64,000 nt of DNA, from the NCBI GenBank assembly GCA_043809245.1, contig JAZDDZ010000008.1, positions 21,278-85,277 on the forward strand, read 5' to 3'. The notes under the pieces are model-generated. The model worked only from the letters and a program-made list of their open reading frames with translations. It did not search any database and had not been told where the DNA came from. Both the position numbers and the translations under genes were made by a program. The stretch is from Candidatus Iainarchaeum sp. GTDB taxonomy: Archaea > Iainarchaeota > Iainarchaeia > Iainarchaeales > JAZDDZ01. Shown here piece by piece: positions 9,059 to 18,445 of the stretch; within the stretch, counting starts at the first letter, position 1, and each line of letters begins with the position of its first letter.

Positions 9059-11533
9059 TTGGCTAAAGGCATTGAGGCTTATCTGAAAAAAACATCGGTT
9101 AAAGTGGACAGGGAAATCGCAAAAATTTTCCCGAAAAAAATCTCAGGCAAGTGGCTTGAATTCTCACTTGGCAAAGCCATTTACGCTTATGACGCTGAAA
9201 CCGTCAGCAACTCAATTGCTTCCCCGATATGGGATTTATTGCGCCGCGGCGGAAAACGGTGGAGGCCGGCGCTTATGCTTTTATGCAATGAAGCACTGGG
9301 CGGAAGCGAAAAAAACGCCTTGCATTTCACTGTTTTGCCCGAACTGGTGCACAACGGCTGCTTGTCCGAAGACACCGTAATTTGGATGGCTGACGGAACG
9401 CCTCGAAAGATTACGGATGCAAAGGAGGGGGAATTTGTTCTTTCCGTGGGAAGCGATTTCCGGATAACTGAAAGGAAGATTGAGAAATTCCACGATAATG
9501 GAGAAAAGCCAACGCTTAGAATTAAAACTGACCACAGGGAAATCATTGCGACAGGGGAGCACCCTGTTCTTGTCGTTTCAAAGAAACAGCCAGTGCGATA
9601 TAAAATCACGAAAAGCGGAAAGGCGCTAATCCAACAAAAATTATTTGAGGCAGATTTGACTATTTCGGAATTCTGTGACAAGATCTCCAAGGAAATCAAA
9701 ACAGACATGCATCCGAAGGCACTTAAGAATAGTTTTTACGGGTATTCAAACTGTTTGATTCCGTTACGTATTGCAGATTATGTCAGTGCGATGTTTTCCT
9801 TGGATAAGAAGGACCTGTTTAATGAGACGCAATGCCAGTTTGATAAAGCGGAAATAATTTTTTCTTGGAAAAAAGCAAGCGAATTGCGCCAAGGGGACTT
9901 TGCAGTCATTGCGAAACAATCATTCTTCGGGAGTCCCAAGGTGCCAGAATTGGGTGCCTTTGAAAAAAACTGCAAAGACAGGTTCCGAATGCCAAAAGAG
10001 TTTTCGCCTGAGCTCGCCCAGCTCTGCGGCTTTTTAGTTGGAGATGGGTGCATCCAGCTGAACTATAATGGGGGAAAAGTTGATTTTTGCGTGCCGAAAA
10101 ATGGCGCAGGAAGAAAAGAGTATGAGTCACTGATAGAAAAAGTGTTTGGCGCAAAGCCTTATCTGGGCGAAGGCTCTGTAACTATGTGTTCAAAAGCGGT
10201 TGCAGAATTGTTTATTGGTTTGGGCTTGAAAGCGAAATGTACCGAAAAGAGCCTCCCAAATTGGGTTTATTCTTTGCCTCTAGAATATAAGAGGGCGTTC
10301 GTGAAAGGTTATATAGACGCTGATGGCACTGTTACAAAAACAGGCATAACGCGGTTTGGCTGTGCAAATAGGTTGCTAATGGAGGAATTAAAGTTTTTGC
10401 TTGATGGCATGGGCTTTCTTACTACAAATATCTGCGAAAAAAGGGTTAGCAACGAGCATTTTGGAGAAAGAGCAAAGAAAAAAGAGACAATTCTTTACTG
10501 CTTTGAAATGGGCCAACGAGAAAAAGTATTGCAAGAAATTGGTTCGGAAATCGCATTTTACAAAACAAGGCTGGGAATGCAGGCTCAAAGAATGGTGCAA
10601 CTGAGATTCAGAGATGCAATCCCTTCCCTGCCTGAATCGTTCGACCGCGAACATCTCGGATTTGAAAAAATAAGAAAAATAGAAAACGCTGGAACAAGGA
10701 AAACCTTTGACTTGCAAATAGAAGGAACGCACAACTATGTTTCCAATGGAATTATAACGCACAATACGATAATGGCTGATGACATTGAGGACTGCAGCGA
10801 ACTGCGGAGAGGCAAGCCGTGCACGCACCTTGTTTTCGGGGAAGACATTGCAATCAATGCGTCCAACACGCTTTACTTTCTTCCGTTGATTTTGCTGTAC
10901 CGCAACACGCAAAAGCTTGACGAAAAAACGCGCAGGATGATTTACGATGTTTACTCTGAGGAAATGCTGCGCGTTTCAATCGGGCAGGGAATGGACATTT
11001 ACTGGCATCGCGGCAAGAAAAAAAATGTAACGGAAAAACAATACCTGCAAATGTGCTCTTATAAGACCGGGGTGCTTGCGCGTTTTGCGGCAAAACTTGG
11101 CGCGATTCTCGCGGGCGGAACGCAAAAACAGATTGAGGCACTGGGAAAATTCGGTGAAACAATCGGCGTCGCCTTCCAGATTCAGGACGATGTCTTGAAC
11201 CTGAGCAGCAAAAAATTTGCGAAAGGAAAAGGCCTGGGAGAAGACATCAACGAGGGAAAACGCTCTCTTATCATAATCAAAACGCTTGAACGCGCCACTG
11301 CTGCGGAAAAAAAGGAATTGCTGAAAATCCTTGACTCCAAAAAGACGTCAAAAAAGCAAATCAACCGCGCGCTTTCAATCATCAAAAAATACGGTGCGCT
11401 GGATTACGCGCGGAAAAAAGCGCAAAAAATCGTTAAGGAAAGCTGGAAGCGCGCTGAAAAAGTGCTGCCGGAATCGCACGCGAAAAAACTGCTGAAAGAA
11501 TTCGCTGACTTCCTTGTGGAGAGGGAGATTTAA
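9059..11533 (+). CDS. idsA: Polyprenyl (geranylgeranyl) diphosphate synthase interrupted by an intein
   Basis: GGKRWRP, ELVHNG|TIMADDIED..ELRRGKP, GQGMDI, KTG, AFQIQDD, GEDINEGK; spliced length about 355 aa. Confidence 0.92.
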   Translation: MAKGIEAYLKKTSVKVDREIAKIFPKKISGKWLEFSLGKAIYAYDAETVSNSIASPIWDLLRRGGKRWRPALMLLCNEALGGSEKNALHFTVLPELVHNGCLSEDTVIWMADGTPRKITDAKEGEFVLSVGSDFRITERKIEKFHDNGEKPTLRIKTDHREIIATGEHPVLVVSKKQPVRYKITKSGKALIQQKLFEADLTISEFCDKISKEIKTDMHPKALKNSFYGYSNCLIPLRIADYVSAMFSLDKKDLFNETQCQFDKAEIIFSWKKASELRQGDFAVIAKQSFFGSPKVPELGAFEKNCKDRFRMPKEFSPELAQLCGFLVGDGCIQLNYNGGKVDFCVPKNGAGRKEYESLIEKVFGAKPYLGEGSVTMCSKAVAELFIGLGLKAKCTEKSLPNWVYSLPLEYKRAFVKGYIDADGTVTKTGITRFGCANRLLMEELKFLLDGMGFLTTNICEKRVSNEHFGERAKKKETILYCFEMGQREKVLQEIGSEIAFYKTRLGMQAQRMVQLRFRDAIPSLPESFDREHLGFEKIRKIENAGTRKTFDLQIEGTHNYVSNGIITHNTIMADDIEDCSELRRGKPCTHLVFGEDIAINASNTLYFLPLILLYRNTQKLDEKTRRMIYDVYSEEMLRVSIGQGMDIYWHRGKKKNVTEKQYLQMCSYKTGVLARFAAKLGAILAGGTQKQIEALGKFGETIGVAFQIQDDVLNLSSKKFAKGKGLGEDINEGKRSLIIIKTLERATAAEKKELLKILDSKKTSKKQINRALSIIKKYGALDYARKKAQKIVKESWKRAEKVLPESHAKKLLKEFADFLVEREI
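9359..10765 (+). mobile_element. LAGLIDADG homing-endonuclease intein (469 aa) in polyprenyl synthase
   Basis: Starts CLSEDT; block B ATGEHP; GFLVGDG and KGYIDADG; ends TFDLQIEGTHNYVSNGIITHN followed by +1 Thr. Confidence 0.95.
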
Positions 11534-11542
11534 AGCAAGGTT

Positions 11543-12004
11543 TCATTTCGGCCCATGTTTCATGTGCCCGCGCATCATTGCTGCAAAAAGCATTGTTTTT
11601 CTTTTATTTAGTTCAGCAATAGCACCTAAACCTTTACCTGTTGGAATCCCCTCCAACGTCCTTCCCTCGTTTTGTAATTTTCTTGAAACAAAATTAAAAA
11701 TCCTTTTTCCCGCACCCTTAGATATTGAACTCAAATAGTTAAGATGTGCAACTCGACTACCATCCCGCAGTCTGTAAATAAATATTGTAGAAACAATTTT
11801 TCCATCCCGCTTCAATGCTAAAAATTCCCCGAGTTTATAACTATGTTCAAAACCTGCCTTTTCCACTTCCGGGTGCTTTAACATAACCAGTTTACACAAT
11901 TCTTCCTTATCGACATCAGTGAAACCACTATCCCTTGAGGAAACAATCTTGGTTATGTGCTTCTGGTCAAGCATAACAATCACAACTTGTTTTCCCTGAA
12001 CCAA
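11543..12004 (-). CDS. Hypothetical protein, GNAT-like fold
   Basis: FLALKRDGKIVS...AHLNYLSSISKGAGKRIF resembles GNAT beta4/motif A. Confidence 0.45.
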   Translation of the reverse strand: MVQGKQVVIVMLDQKHITKIVSSRDSGFTDVDKEELCKLVMLKHPEVEKAGFEHSYKLGEFLALKRDGKIVSTIFIYRLRDGSRVAHLNYLSSISKGAGKRIFNFVSRKLQNEGRTLEGIPTGKGLGAIAELNKRKTMLFAAMMRGHMKHGPK

Positions 12005-13425
12005 TTAATTTTCGGTTCCCTCGCGGCTTTAACCGCGTCCAAGCGCTTCACTGGCGTGGAGTGCGGCGCGCCTTTCACCAATTCGGGCTTCTCTTTTGCC
12101 TCTCCAAGGATTTTTTCCATTGCTTCGCAGAATTCATCAAGAGTTTCTTTCGATTCTGTTTCAGTCGGCTCAATCATTATCGCGCCGTGAACTATGAGCG
12201 GGAAATAAATTGTAGGGGGATGGAAGCCGTAATCGATGAGCCTCTTTGCAAGGTCATTAGTGGTCACGCCGTTAGGCATATTCTTATCGGATAAAACAAA
12301 CTCGTGCTGGCATATGCGGTCATAGGGAAGGTCAAACGACTTCTTCAGCCTTTCCTTCATGTAATTCGCGTTAAGCACTGCGTTTTCCGCGGCCTCTTTC
12401 AGGCCTTTTGCGCCCAAAGCGCGAATGAAGGTGTAAGCGCGGACAAGGACGCCAAAATTTCCGTAGAATGCCTTTATTTTTCCGATTGAATCAGGCAAGG
12501 CAAAGTTCATTTCGAATTTTTCGCCTTTTTTTTCAACTGTTGGCCTCGGAAGGAATTGCGCAAGCTGTTTTTTCACGGCAATCGCGCCTGCGCCAGGGCC
12601 TCCGCCGCCATGCGGAGTGCTGAAAGTCTTGTGCAGGTTCAAATGAACCGCATCAATGCCTAAATCCCCGAAACGCCATTTGCCCAGGGAAGCGTTCGCG
12701 TTCGCGCCGTCACAGTAAACAAGCGCGCCAGCGGAATGCACTATGCGGCAAATTTCAACAATCTGCTTTTCAAAAAGCCCCAAAGTATTGGGGTTTGTAA
12801 GCATAATGACTGCCACATCCTTGCTGAGTGCTTTCTTCAGTTCGCTTAGGTCAAGGCATCCATCGCCGTTGCTTTTAACAGTTACTGCCTCCAAACCGCA
12901 GAGCGTGGCAGAAGCGGGGTTTGTGCCATGCGAAGAGTCAGCCACCAGAACTTTGGAGCGCTTTTCGCCTTTTTTTTCAAAAAACTTTTTCGCAAGCATT
13001 AAGCCACAAAGCTCGCCGTGCGCTCCCGCGGCAGGCTGCAGTGTAACGGAATCCATTCCGGTTATTTCCGCGAGAAACTGCTGCAACTCAAAAATCAACT
13101 GCAAATTTCCCTGTGAAAGGTGGCGGGGCTGCAATGGATGTGATAAAGCAAAGCCCTGCAGTTTCGCTGCCTCTTCATTTGCCTTTGGATTGTATTTCAT
13201 TGTGCAGGAACCAAGCGGATAAAAGCCGGAATCAACGCCGAAGTTTTTTTGGGAGAGGCACGTGAAATGCCTTACCACATCCACTTCGGACAGCTCAGGC
13301 AGTTCTAGTTTTTTTCGCAGAAAATTTTTCGGCAGCAATTGTTCCAAAGGCTTTTCCTTTAACCTTGTTTCCGCAAATTCCACAGCGCTTCTTCCCTCAA
13401 CGCTTTTCTCGAAAACTGTTTTCAT
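11980..13425 (-). CDS. gcvPB: Glycine dehydrogenase subunit 2
   Basis: YPLGSCTMKYNP, QPAAGAHGE, HLNLHKTFSTPHGGGGPG, IEPTETE. Confidence 0.97.
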   Translation of the reverse strand: MKTVFEKSVEGRSAVEFAETRLKEKPLEQLLPKNFLRKKLELPELSEVDVVRHFTCLSQKNFGVDSGFYPLGSCTMKYNPKANEEAAKLQGFALSHPLQPRHLSQGNLQLIFELQQFLAEITGMDSVTLQPAAGAHGELCGLMLAKKFFEKKGEKRSKVLVADSSHGTNPASATLCGLEAVTVKSNGDGCLDLSELKKALSKDVAVIMLTNPNTLGLFEKQIVEICRIVHSAGALVYCDGANANASLGKWRFGDLGIDAVHLNLHKTFSTPHGGGGPGAGAIAVKKQLAQFLPRPTVEKKGEKFEMNFALPDSIGKIKAFYGNFGVLVRAYTFIRALGAKGLKEAAENAVLNANYMKERLKKSFDLPYDRICQHEFVLSDKNMPNGVTTNDLAKRLIDYGFHPPTIYFPLIVHGAIMIEPTETESKETLDEFCEAMEKILGEAKEKPELVKGAPHSTPVKRLDAVKAAREPKINWFRENKL

Positions 13426-13429
13426 TTTC

Positions 13430-14776
13430 TCATAACCCCTTCACGATTGCAATCAATTCGTCAATCTGTTCGCGGGAATTCATCTCCGTTGCACAGAGCA
13501 AAAGGCAGTTCTCCATTCCCTTAAAATTTTCGCCCAACGGCACGCCGGCAATAAAGCCTTTTTCCTCCAGTTTTTTCTGGAACCTGTCAGCGCTTTCCTT
13601 TACCATTACAACAAATTCGTTGTAAAAAGGCGCTGAGAAAACCAGCTCGGCTTTGCGTGTTTTCCGCAGCTCTCCAGCAAGATAGTGGGCGAGCTGCAGG
13701 TTTATTTCCGCCAAGCGCTTAAAGCCGCTTTTTCCCAAAGCGCTGAGGTAAACTGTGTTTGCAAGCGCTACAAGCGCCTGGTTTGTGCAGATGTTGCTTG
13801 CTGCCTTTTCTCTCCGAATATGCTGTTCGCGTGCCTGAAGCGTGAGAATAAAGCCCCTTTTTCCTTCCAGGTCAACTGTTTCACCGCAAATCCTTCCCGG
13901 CAAGTGGCGCAGGAATTCTTCTTTCGTTGCCATCCAGCCAACTCCCGGGCCGCCAAAGTTAAGCGTGCTGCCAAGGCTCTGCCCTTCCGCGACTACAATG
14001 TCCGCGCCGAGAGTTCCCGGCGCTTCCAGCAAACCAAGTGAGGAAGGTTCCACAACCGAAACAATGAACAAGGCTTTTTTTGCGTGAACTATTTTTTCAA
14101 TTGCGGCTAGGTCCTCAATGCAGCCGAAAAAATTAGGGCTCTGTGAAATGAAGCACGCCGTGTTTTCGGAGATTTCTTTTTTCAGTTTTTCAATGGAAAC
14201 TGTTCCCTTTTTGTTGTCAAATTCTATCTCTTTAACCGCCAGGCTGTTTGCCCAGCAATAGGTTTCAAGCACTGCGCGGTATTCTGGGTGAATGTTTGCG
14301 GCAACCAAAACTTCTTTTTTTTCGGAAATGTTTTTCGCCATAATCACGGCTTCAGCCAGCGCGGTTGCACCGTCATACATGGATGCGTTTGCAGCATCCA
14401 TTCCCGTAAGCGAACAAACAAGGCTCTGGAATTCGTATATTGCCTGAAGCATTCCCTGGCTTGCCTCTGCCTGGTAAGGCGTGTAAGAAGTGTAGAACTC
14501 GGAGCGGAAAACCAGGTGCGGAACAATTGAGGGAATGAAGCGGTTGTATAGCCCCGCGCCAATAAAATATTTGTGTGTTCTTGCGTTCGCGTTTTTTGCG
14601 GCAATTGAGGAAAGTTCCTCCAGCAGTTCTTTTTCGCTTAATGCTGACGGAAGGTTTAATTGTTTTTTTAAAATTTTTTGCTTTGGAACATCGGCGAACA
14701 ATTCATCAATTGATTTCACGCCAATGCTTTTCAGCATTTCTTGGCGCTGTTTTTCCGTGTTGGAAATGAAGTTCAT
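13430..14776 (-). CDS. gcvPA: Glycine dehydrogenase subunit 1
   Basis: YTPYQAEASQG, NASMYDGA, REQHIRREKA.SNICTNQ. Confidence 0.97.
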   Translation of the reverse strand: MNFISNTEKQRQEMLKSIGVKSIDELFADVPKQKILKKQLNLPSALSEKELLEELSSIAAKNANARTHKYFIGAGLYNRFIPSIVPHLVFRSEFYTSYTPYQAEASQGMLQAIYEFQSLVCSLTGMDAANASMYDGATALAEAVIMAKNISEKKEVLVAANIHPEYRAVLETYCWANSLAVKEIEFDNKKGTVSIEKLKKEISENTACFISQSPNFFGCIEDLAAIEKIVHAKKALFIVSVVEPSSLGLLEAPGTLGADIVVAEGQSLGSTLNFGGPGVGWMATKEEFLRHLPGRICGETVDLEGKRGFILTLQAREQHIRREKAASNICTNQALVALANTVYLSALGKSGFKRLAEINLQLAHYLAGELRKTRKAELVFSAPFYNEFVVMVKESADRFQKKLEEKGFIAGVPLGENFKGMENCLLLCATEMNSREQIDELIAIVKGL

Positions 14777-14793
14777 TTCATCACTTTTTTGCT

Positions 14794-15192
14794 TCAGTGC
14801 TTTAAGCCCGCAAGGTATTTTTCGTATTCCTCTGCGTTCATGAGTTTTTCCGCTTCAGCCGGGTTTGAGAGCCTGATTTTGGCAATCCATCCTTTTCCGT
14901 AAGGCTCTTTGTTTACGAGTTCAGGCGAACTTGGCAGGGTTTCGTTTACCTCTATGACTTCCCCGCTTAACGGCGCGAAGACGTCTGAAACGCTTTTCAC
15001 TGATTCAACGACTGCAATGCTTTTCAGGCGCTCGGCTTTTGCGCCGATTTTTGGAAGCTCAACGAAAACAATGTCAGTAAGCTGCTGCTGCGCGAAATCG
15101 GTTATGCCGACTGTTGCAATGCCGCCATCAATCTTGGCCCATTCATGGTCTTTAGTGTACTTCAGGTTTCTTGGAACATTCAAAATGCTCAC
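14794..15192 (-). CDS. gcvH: Glycine cleavage H protein
   Basis: YTKDHEW, VESVKSVSD lipoyl-Lys motif, PYGKGW. Confidence 0.97.
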   Translation of the reverse strand: MSILNVPRNLKYTKDHEWAKIDGGIATVGITDFAQQQLTDIVFVELPKIGAKAERLKSIAVVESVKSVSDVFAPLSGEVIEVNETLPSSPELVNKEPYGKGWIAKIRLSNPAEAEKLMNAEEYEKYLAGLKH

Positions 15193-16298
15193 CTCCCCCT
15201 TTTATAAAACGGAATTGAAACCACAATCGCATTGTAATTGTTTTCCCTCACCTCTACCTCGAATTCGCCGCCTTTTTCGGCGTAAGGGGCTTCGATATAA
15301 GCTAAACCGATGTTCTTTTTTAATGTGGGGCTGTAAGAGCCTGAAGTCACAATGCCGATTTTTCTGTCGTCCTTAATGCATTTGTAACCGTGCCTTGCAA
15401 TCGCCTTGTCAATCATTTCAAAGCCCACGAGCTTCCTGCTTAAGCCAGCCATTTTCTGCTCGGAAAGCGCTTTTTTTCCAATGAAATCCTTGTCAAAGGA
15501 AACAACCCATTCATAGGTCGCTTCAATCGGCGAGTGCTGCTCGTCAATGTCGTTGCCGTAAAGCATGTAGGCGCACTCAAGGCGCAAAGTATCCCTGCAG
15601 CCCAGAGCGCAGGGCTTCAATCCGAATTCTTTTCCCGCCTCAAAGAGCCGCTGCCAGATAAAAACCGTTTTATCGCGCGGAAAGTACAGCTCGAAGCCCT
15701 CCTCGCCGGTGTAACCCGAGCGGGAAACAATTGCAGGCACGCCGAATAATTCGGTTTCAAGGAAATAATAATAATGCAGTTTTTTCAGGTCTGTTCCATT
15801 TGCAATGCATTTCCCCAGAATTTTTTCGGCATTCGGCCCCTGCAAGTCGAGCTTGCCGAAAAAATCGCTTGCCTGAACCACTTCGGCGTCAAGGTTCTGC
15901 TTTCGCGCCTGCAAATCAATCCAGCGGAAATCCTTTTCCCTTGTGCCTGCATTCACTACAACCATAAATTTTTCCGCGCCGAACTTGTAGACAGTGCAAT
16001 CGTCAATTATTCCGCCTTTTTCGTTGCACATCACTGAAAGGTGCATTGAGCCGTTTGCCGCGCCCTTTATTTTCCTCGTCATCACCTTTTCAAGCAATTG
16101 TTCCGCTTCAGAGCCGGTTACAATTATTTCACCCATATGGCTTGTATCGAACAATCCAGCCGCGCTTCTAACAGTGTTGTGCTCGTCCATTAAAGTGGAA
16201 TAATACACTGGCATCTCCCATCCGCCGAAAACAACCATTTTTGCCCCCAGCCTTTCGTGCTCGGCAAAAAGCGGAGTGCGCTTCATTTCCTCTTCCAT
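15189..16298 (-). CDS. gcvT: Aminomethyltransferase (T protein)
   Basis: FGGWEMPV.Y, FDTSHMG, SRSGYTGE.GFE, RDTLRLE. Confidence 0.97.
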   Translation of the reverse strand: MEEEMKRTPLFAEHERLGAKMVVFGGWEMPVYYSTLMDEHNTVRSAAGLFDTSHMGEIIVTGSEAEQLLEKVMTRKIKGAANGSMHLSVMCNEKGGIIDDCTVYKFGAEKFMVVVNAGTREKDFRWIDLQARKQNLDAEVVQASDFFGKLDLQGPNAEKILGKCIANGTDLKKLHYYYFLETELFGVPAIVSRSGYTGEEGFELYFPRDKTVFIWQRLFEAGKEFGLKPCALGCRDTLRLECAYMLYGNDIDEQHSPIEATYEWVVSFDKDFIGKKALSEQKMAGLSRKLVGFEMIDKAIARHGYKCIKDDRKIGIVTSGSYSPTLKKNIGLAYIEAPYAEKGGEFEVEVRENNYNAIVVSIPFYKRGR

Positions 16299-16302
16299 AA
16301 AA

Positions 16303-17634
16303 TCACACTTTCCCCATTTTCCTTTCCAGCAGTTCCGCGCAAATCTGCAAGGCGTCTCTCACATCGCTTAGCGGAGGGCAATAGGCCATTTCAATTTCCG
16401 CCAACTGTTTTGCAGTGAAGCCTGCCTTTATTGCCGCTGAAACAATGTTTATGCGGTGGAATGCGCCGAAGCCGAATGCCTGCGCCCCGATGATTTTTCC
16501 GCTTTTTTTGCCCGCAAGCAATTTGACCACAATCTCTTTTTCACCGTCGAACCATTCGGGCAGCGAGTGCATCCTTACACGTGATTCGACTGTTTCGATT
16601 CCCGATTCTCCCGCATATTTCATTGTTAGCCCTGTTGCAGCAACCTCCAATTCCCCGATGGTTGTGGCAAACGTGCCAAGCGAACCCTCATATTTTTTGG
16701 TCCCGCCAACCGCATTAGCCCCTGCGACAAGCCCCTGCGCATAAGCGGTTGAGGCAATCTGAGGAGAGAAAGGCTTTCCGGAAACCGAATGCATTGCATC
16801 AGTTATATCCCCAATTGCAAAAATCCCCTTTACATTTGTCTCCATTTTTTCGTCAACAATCAATCCGTTTGCGCCTTTTTTCAATCCAGCGGTTTCCGCG
16901 AGGGAATAATCGCATTTAACGCCAGTTGCCAGGACGACGATTTCTGCAGGAGTCTTTTTTCCGTTGACTGTTGCAATTGCTTTTTCGATTTTTTCAACCC
17001 TTGAATCAAGCAAAACCAGCACACCAATTTTTTCCAGATGATGTTTTACCAGCTCTGCGAGGTCGGCGTCAATCGCATTCGGCAATAGCTGCCCGAGCAT
17101 TTCAGCCAAGGAAACAGCAAGGCCTTTTTTTTGAAGCTGTGCGGTAACCTCCAATCCGATTGCACCGCCTCCCACAACCAATGCCGTTTTTTTTCCGGGA
17201 AGCGCTTTCATCAGGCGCTCCAAATCATCAATTGAGTGGTGAAGGAAAACGCTTTTCCCCAGCAATTCCCTTGCCCCCTCGATTTTCGGAAGGAACGGCT
17301 TTCCGCCTGTCGAAAGAATAAGGGAATCAAATGGAATGGAAAATTTTTTTCCAGAACCAATCTCTTCAACTGACAATTCCTTTTTTTCCGCGTCAATCGA
17401 CAGCGCCCTTGTTTTGTTAAGGATTTTAACGTTTTTGGGAAATGAAAGCTTTTGCTTTAATTTTTCCGCGGGGCTTATTTCCCCTGAAATCGCGTAAGGC
17501 AGGCCGCACGAGTGAAGCAAATCGAATTCCTTTTCATCAACAATTGTTATTTCCGCTTTAGGGTCTGTTTTGCAGGCAGAAAGAACCGCTGCAAAACCCC
17601 CGCTTCCCAAACCAACTACAACCAGCTTTGTCAA
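16303..17634 (-). CDS. FAD-dependent pyridine nucleotide-disulfide oxidoreductase, NADH oxidase/CoA-disulfide reductase type
   Basis: GLGSGG, SCGLPY single redox Cys, GGGAIGLE, FAIGD, C-terminal AYCPP dimerisation domain. Confidence 0.88.
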   Translation of the reverse strand: MTKLVVVGLGSGGFAAVLSACKTDPKAEITIVDEKEFDLLHSCGLPYAISGEISPAEKLKQKLSFPKNVKILNKTRALSIDAEKKELSVEEIGSGKKFSIPFDSLILSTGGKPFLPKIEGARELLGKSVFLHHSIDDLERLMKALPGKKTALVVGGGAIGLEVTAQLQKKGLAVSLAEMLGQLLPNAIDADLAELVKHHLEKIGVLVLLDSRVEKIEKAIATVNGKKTPAEIVVLATGVKCDYSLAETAGLKKGANGLIVDEKMETNVKGIFAIGDITDAMHSVSGKPFSPQIASTAYAQGLVAGANAVGGTKKYEGSLGTFATTIGELEVAATGLTMKYAGESGIETVESRVRMHSLPEWFDGEKEIVVKLLAGKKSGKIIGAQAFGFGAFHRINIVSAAIKAGFTAKQLAEIEMAYCPPLSDVRDALQICAELLERKMGKV

Positions 17635-17686
17635 AAAGGCACACTGAAAGAATTAGCAGCTAAAAAATTTTAAACCAGCGCCTTGG

Positions 17687-18445
17687 CTATTCCTCTATCC
17701 TGTTGAAGAAATAAATCGCTATTCCCATGAATGCAACAGTGAACGCAGTGACAACCGCAAGGGAAACCGCAAAATTGATGTGCGAGTTGCCCAAAAGAAT
17801 GTATTGGAGGCCGCTTACGCCGTAAGTGAGGGGGTCAAGAAGCGAGGCAGTCCTCAAAAGCCCCGGCGCGGAATCAAGCGGGAATAATGCGCCGCTTAAA
17901 AAAAACATTGGCATCAGGATGAAATTGACAATCAACTGGAAGCCATGCATGTCTTCAAGGACAGAGGCGATTGTTATGCCTAGCGAAACAAACATCAATG
18001 AAATCAGGAACATGAAGAACAGCAGCAGGAAAAAATTCACTATGTTCAGTTGTGCGCCCAAAAGCATTGCCGCACCCAGGATTATTATGCCCTGAACCAC
18101 GGAAGTTGTTGCCCCACCCAATGCTTTTCCGAAAATGATTGAAAGCCTGCTAACCGGTGCGACAAGGGTTTCCTTCAAAAAGCCGAATTGCCTGTCCATT
18201 AAAACAATTATTCCTGAAAACATTGAGCCAAACATCAAAACCATTCCAATAATGCCTGGAGTAATGAATTTCAGATAGTTTCCCTCCATGCCTGGGATAT
18301 TAAACGCATTGCTTAAGCCAGTGCCGAGGATTGCAAGAAAAAAGAAAGGCATTCCAAGGCTTCCAATTACACGGCTTTTTGAGCGCGCAAAACGGATTAT
18401 CTCCCTTTTCCACAGAGCATAAACGCCTTCGATTTCGCGGTTCAT
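17687..18445 (-). CDS. ABC-2 type transporter permease
   Basis: DRQFGFLKETLVAPVSR, PMFFLSGALFP, DPLTYGV; ATGA overlap. Confidence 0.92.
   Translation of the reverse strand: MNREIEGVYALWKREIIRFARSKSRVIGSLGMPFFFLAILGTGLSNAFNIPGMEGNYLKFITPGIIGMVLMFGSMFSGIIVLMDRQFGFLKETLVAPVSRLSIIFGKALGGATTSVVQGIIILGAAMLLGAQLNIVNFFLLLFFMFLISLMFVSLGITIASVLEDMHGFQLIVNFILMPMFFLSGALFPLDSAPGLLRTASLLDPLTYGVSGLQYILLGNSHINFAVSLAVVTAFTVAFMGIAIYFFNRIEE

Noticed and set aside
16303-17634. Calling this gene lpdA
   Set aside because: Lacks the two-Cys redox motif and the C-terminal HPT..E motif of dihydrolipoamide dehydrogenase.
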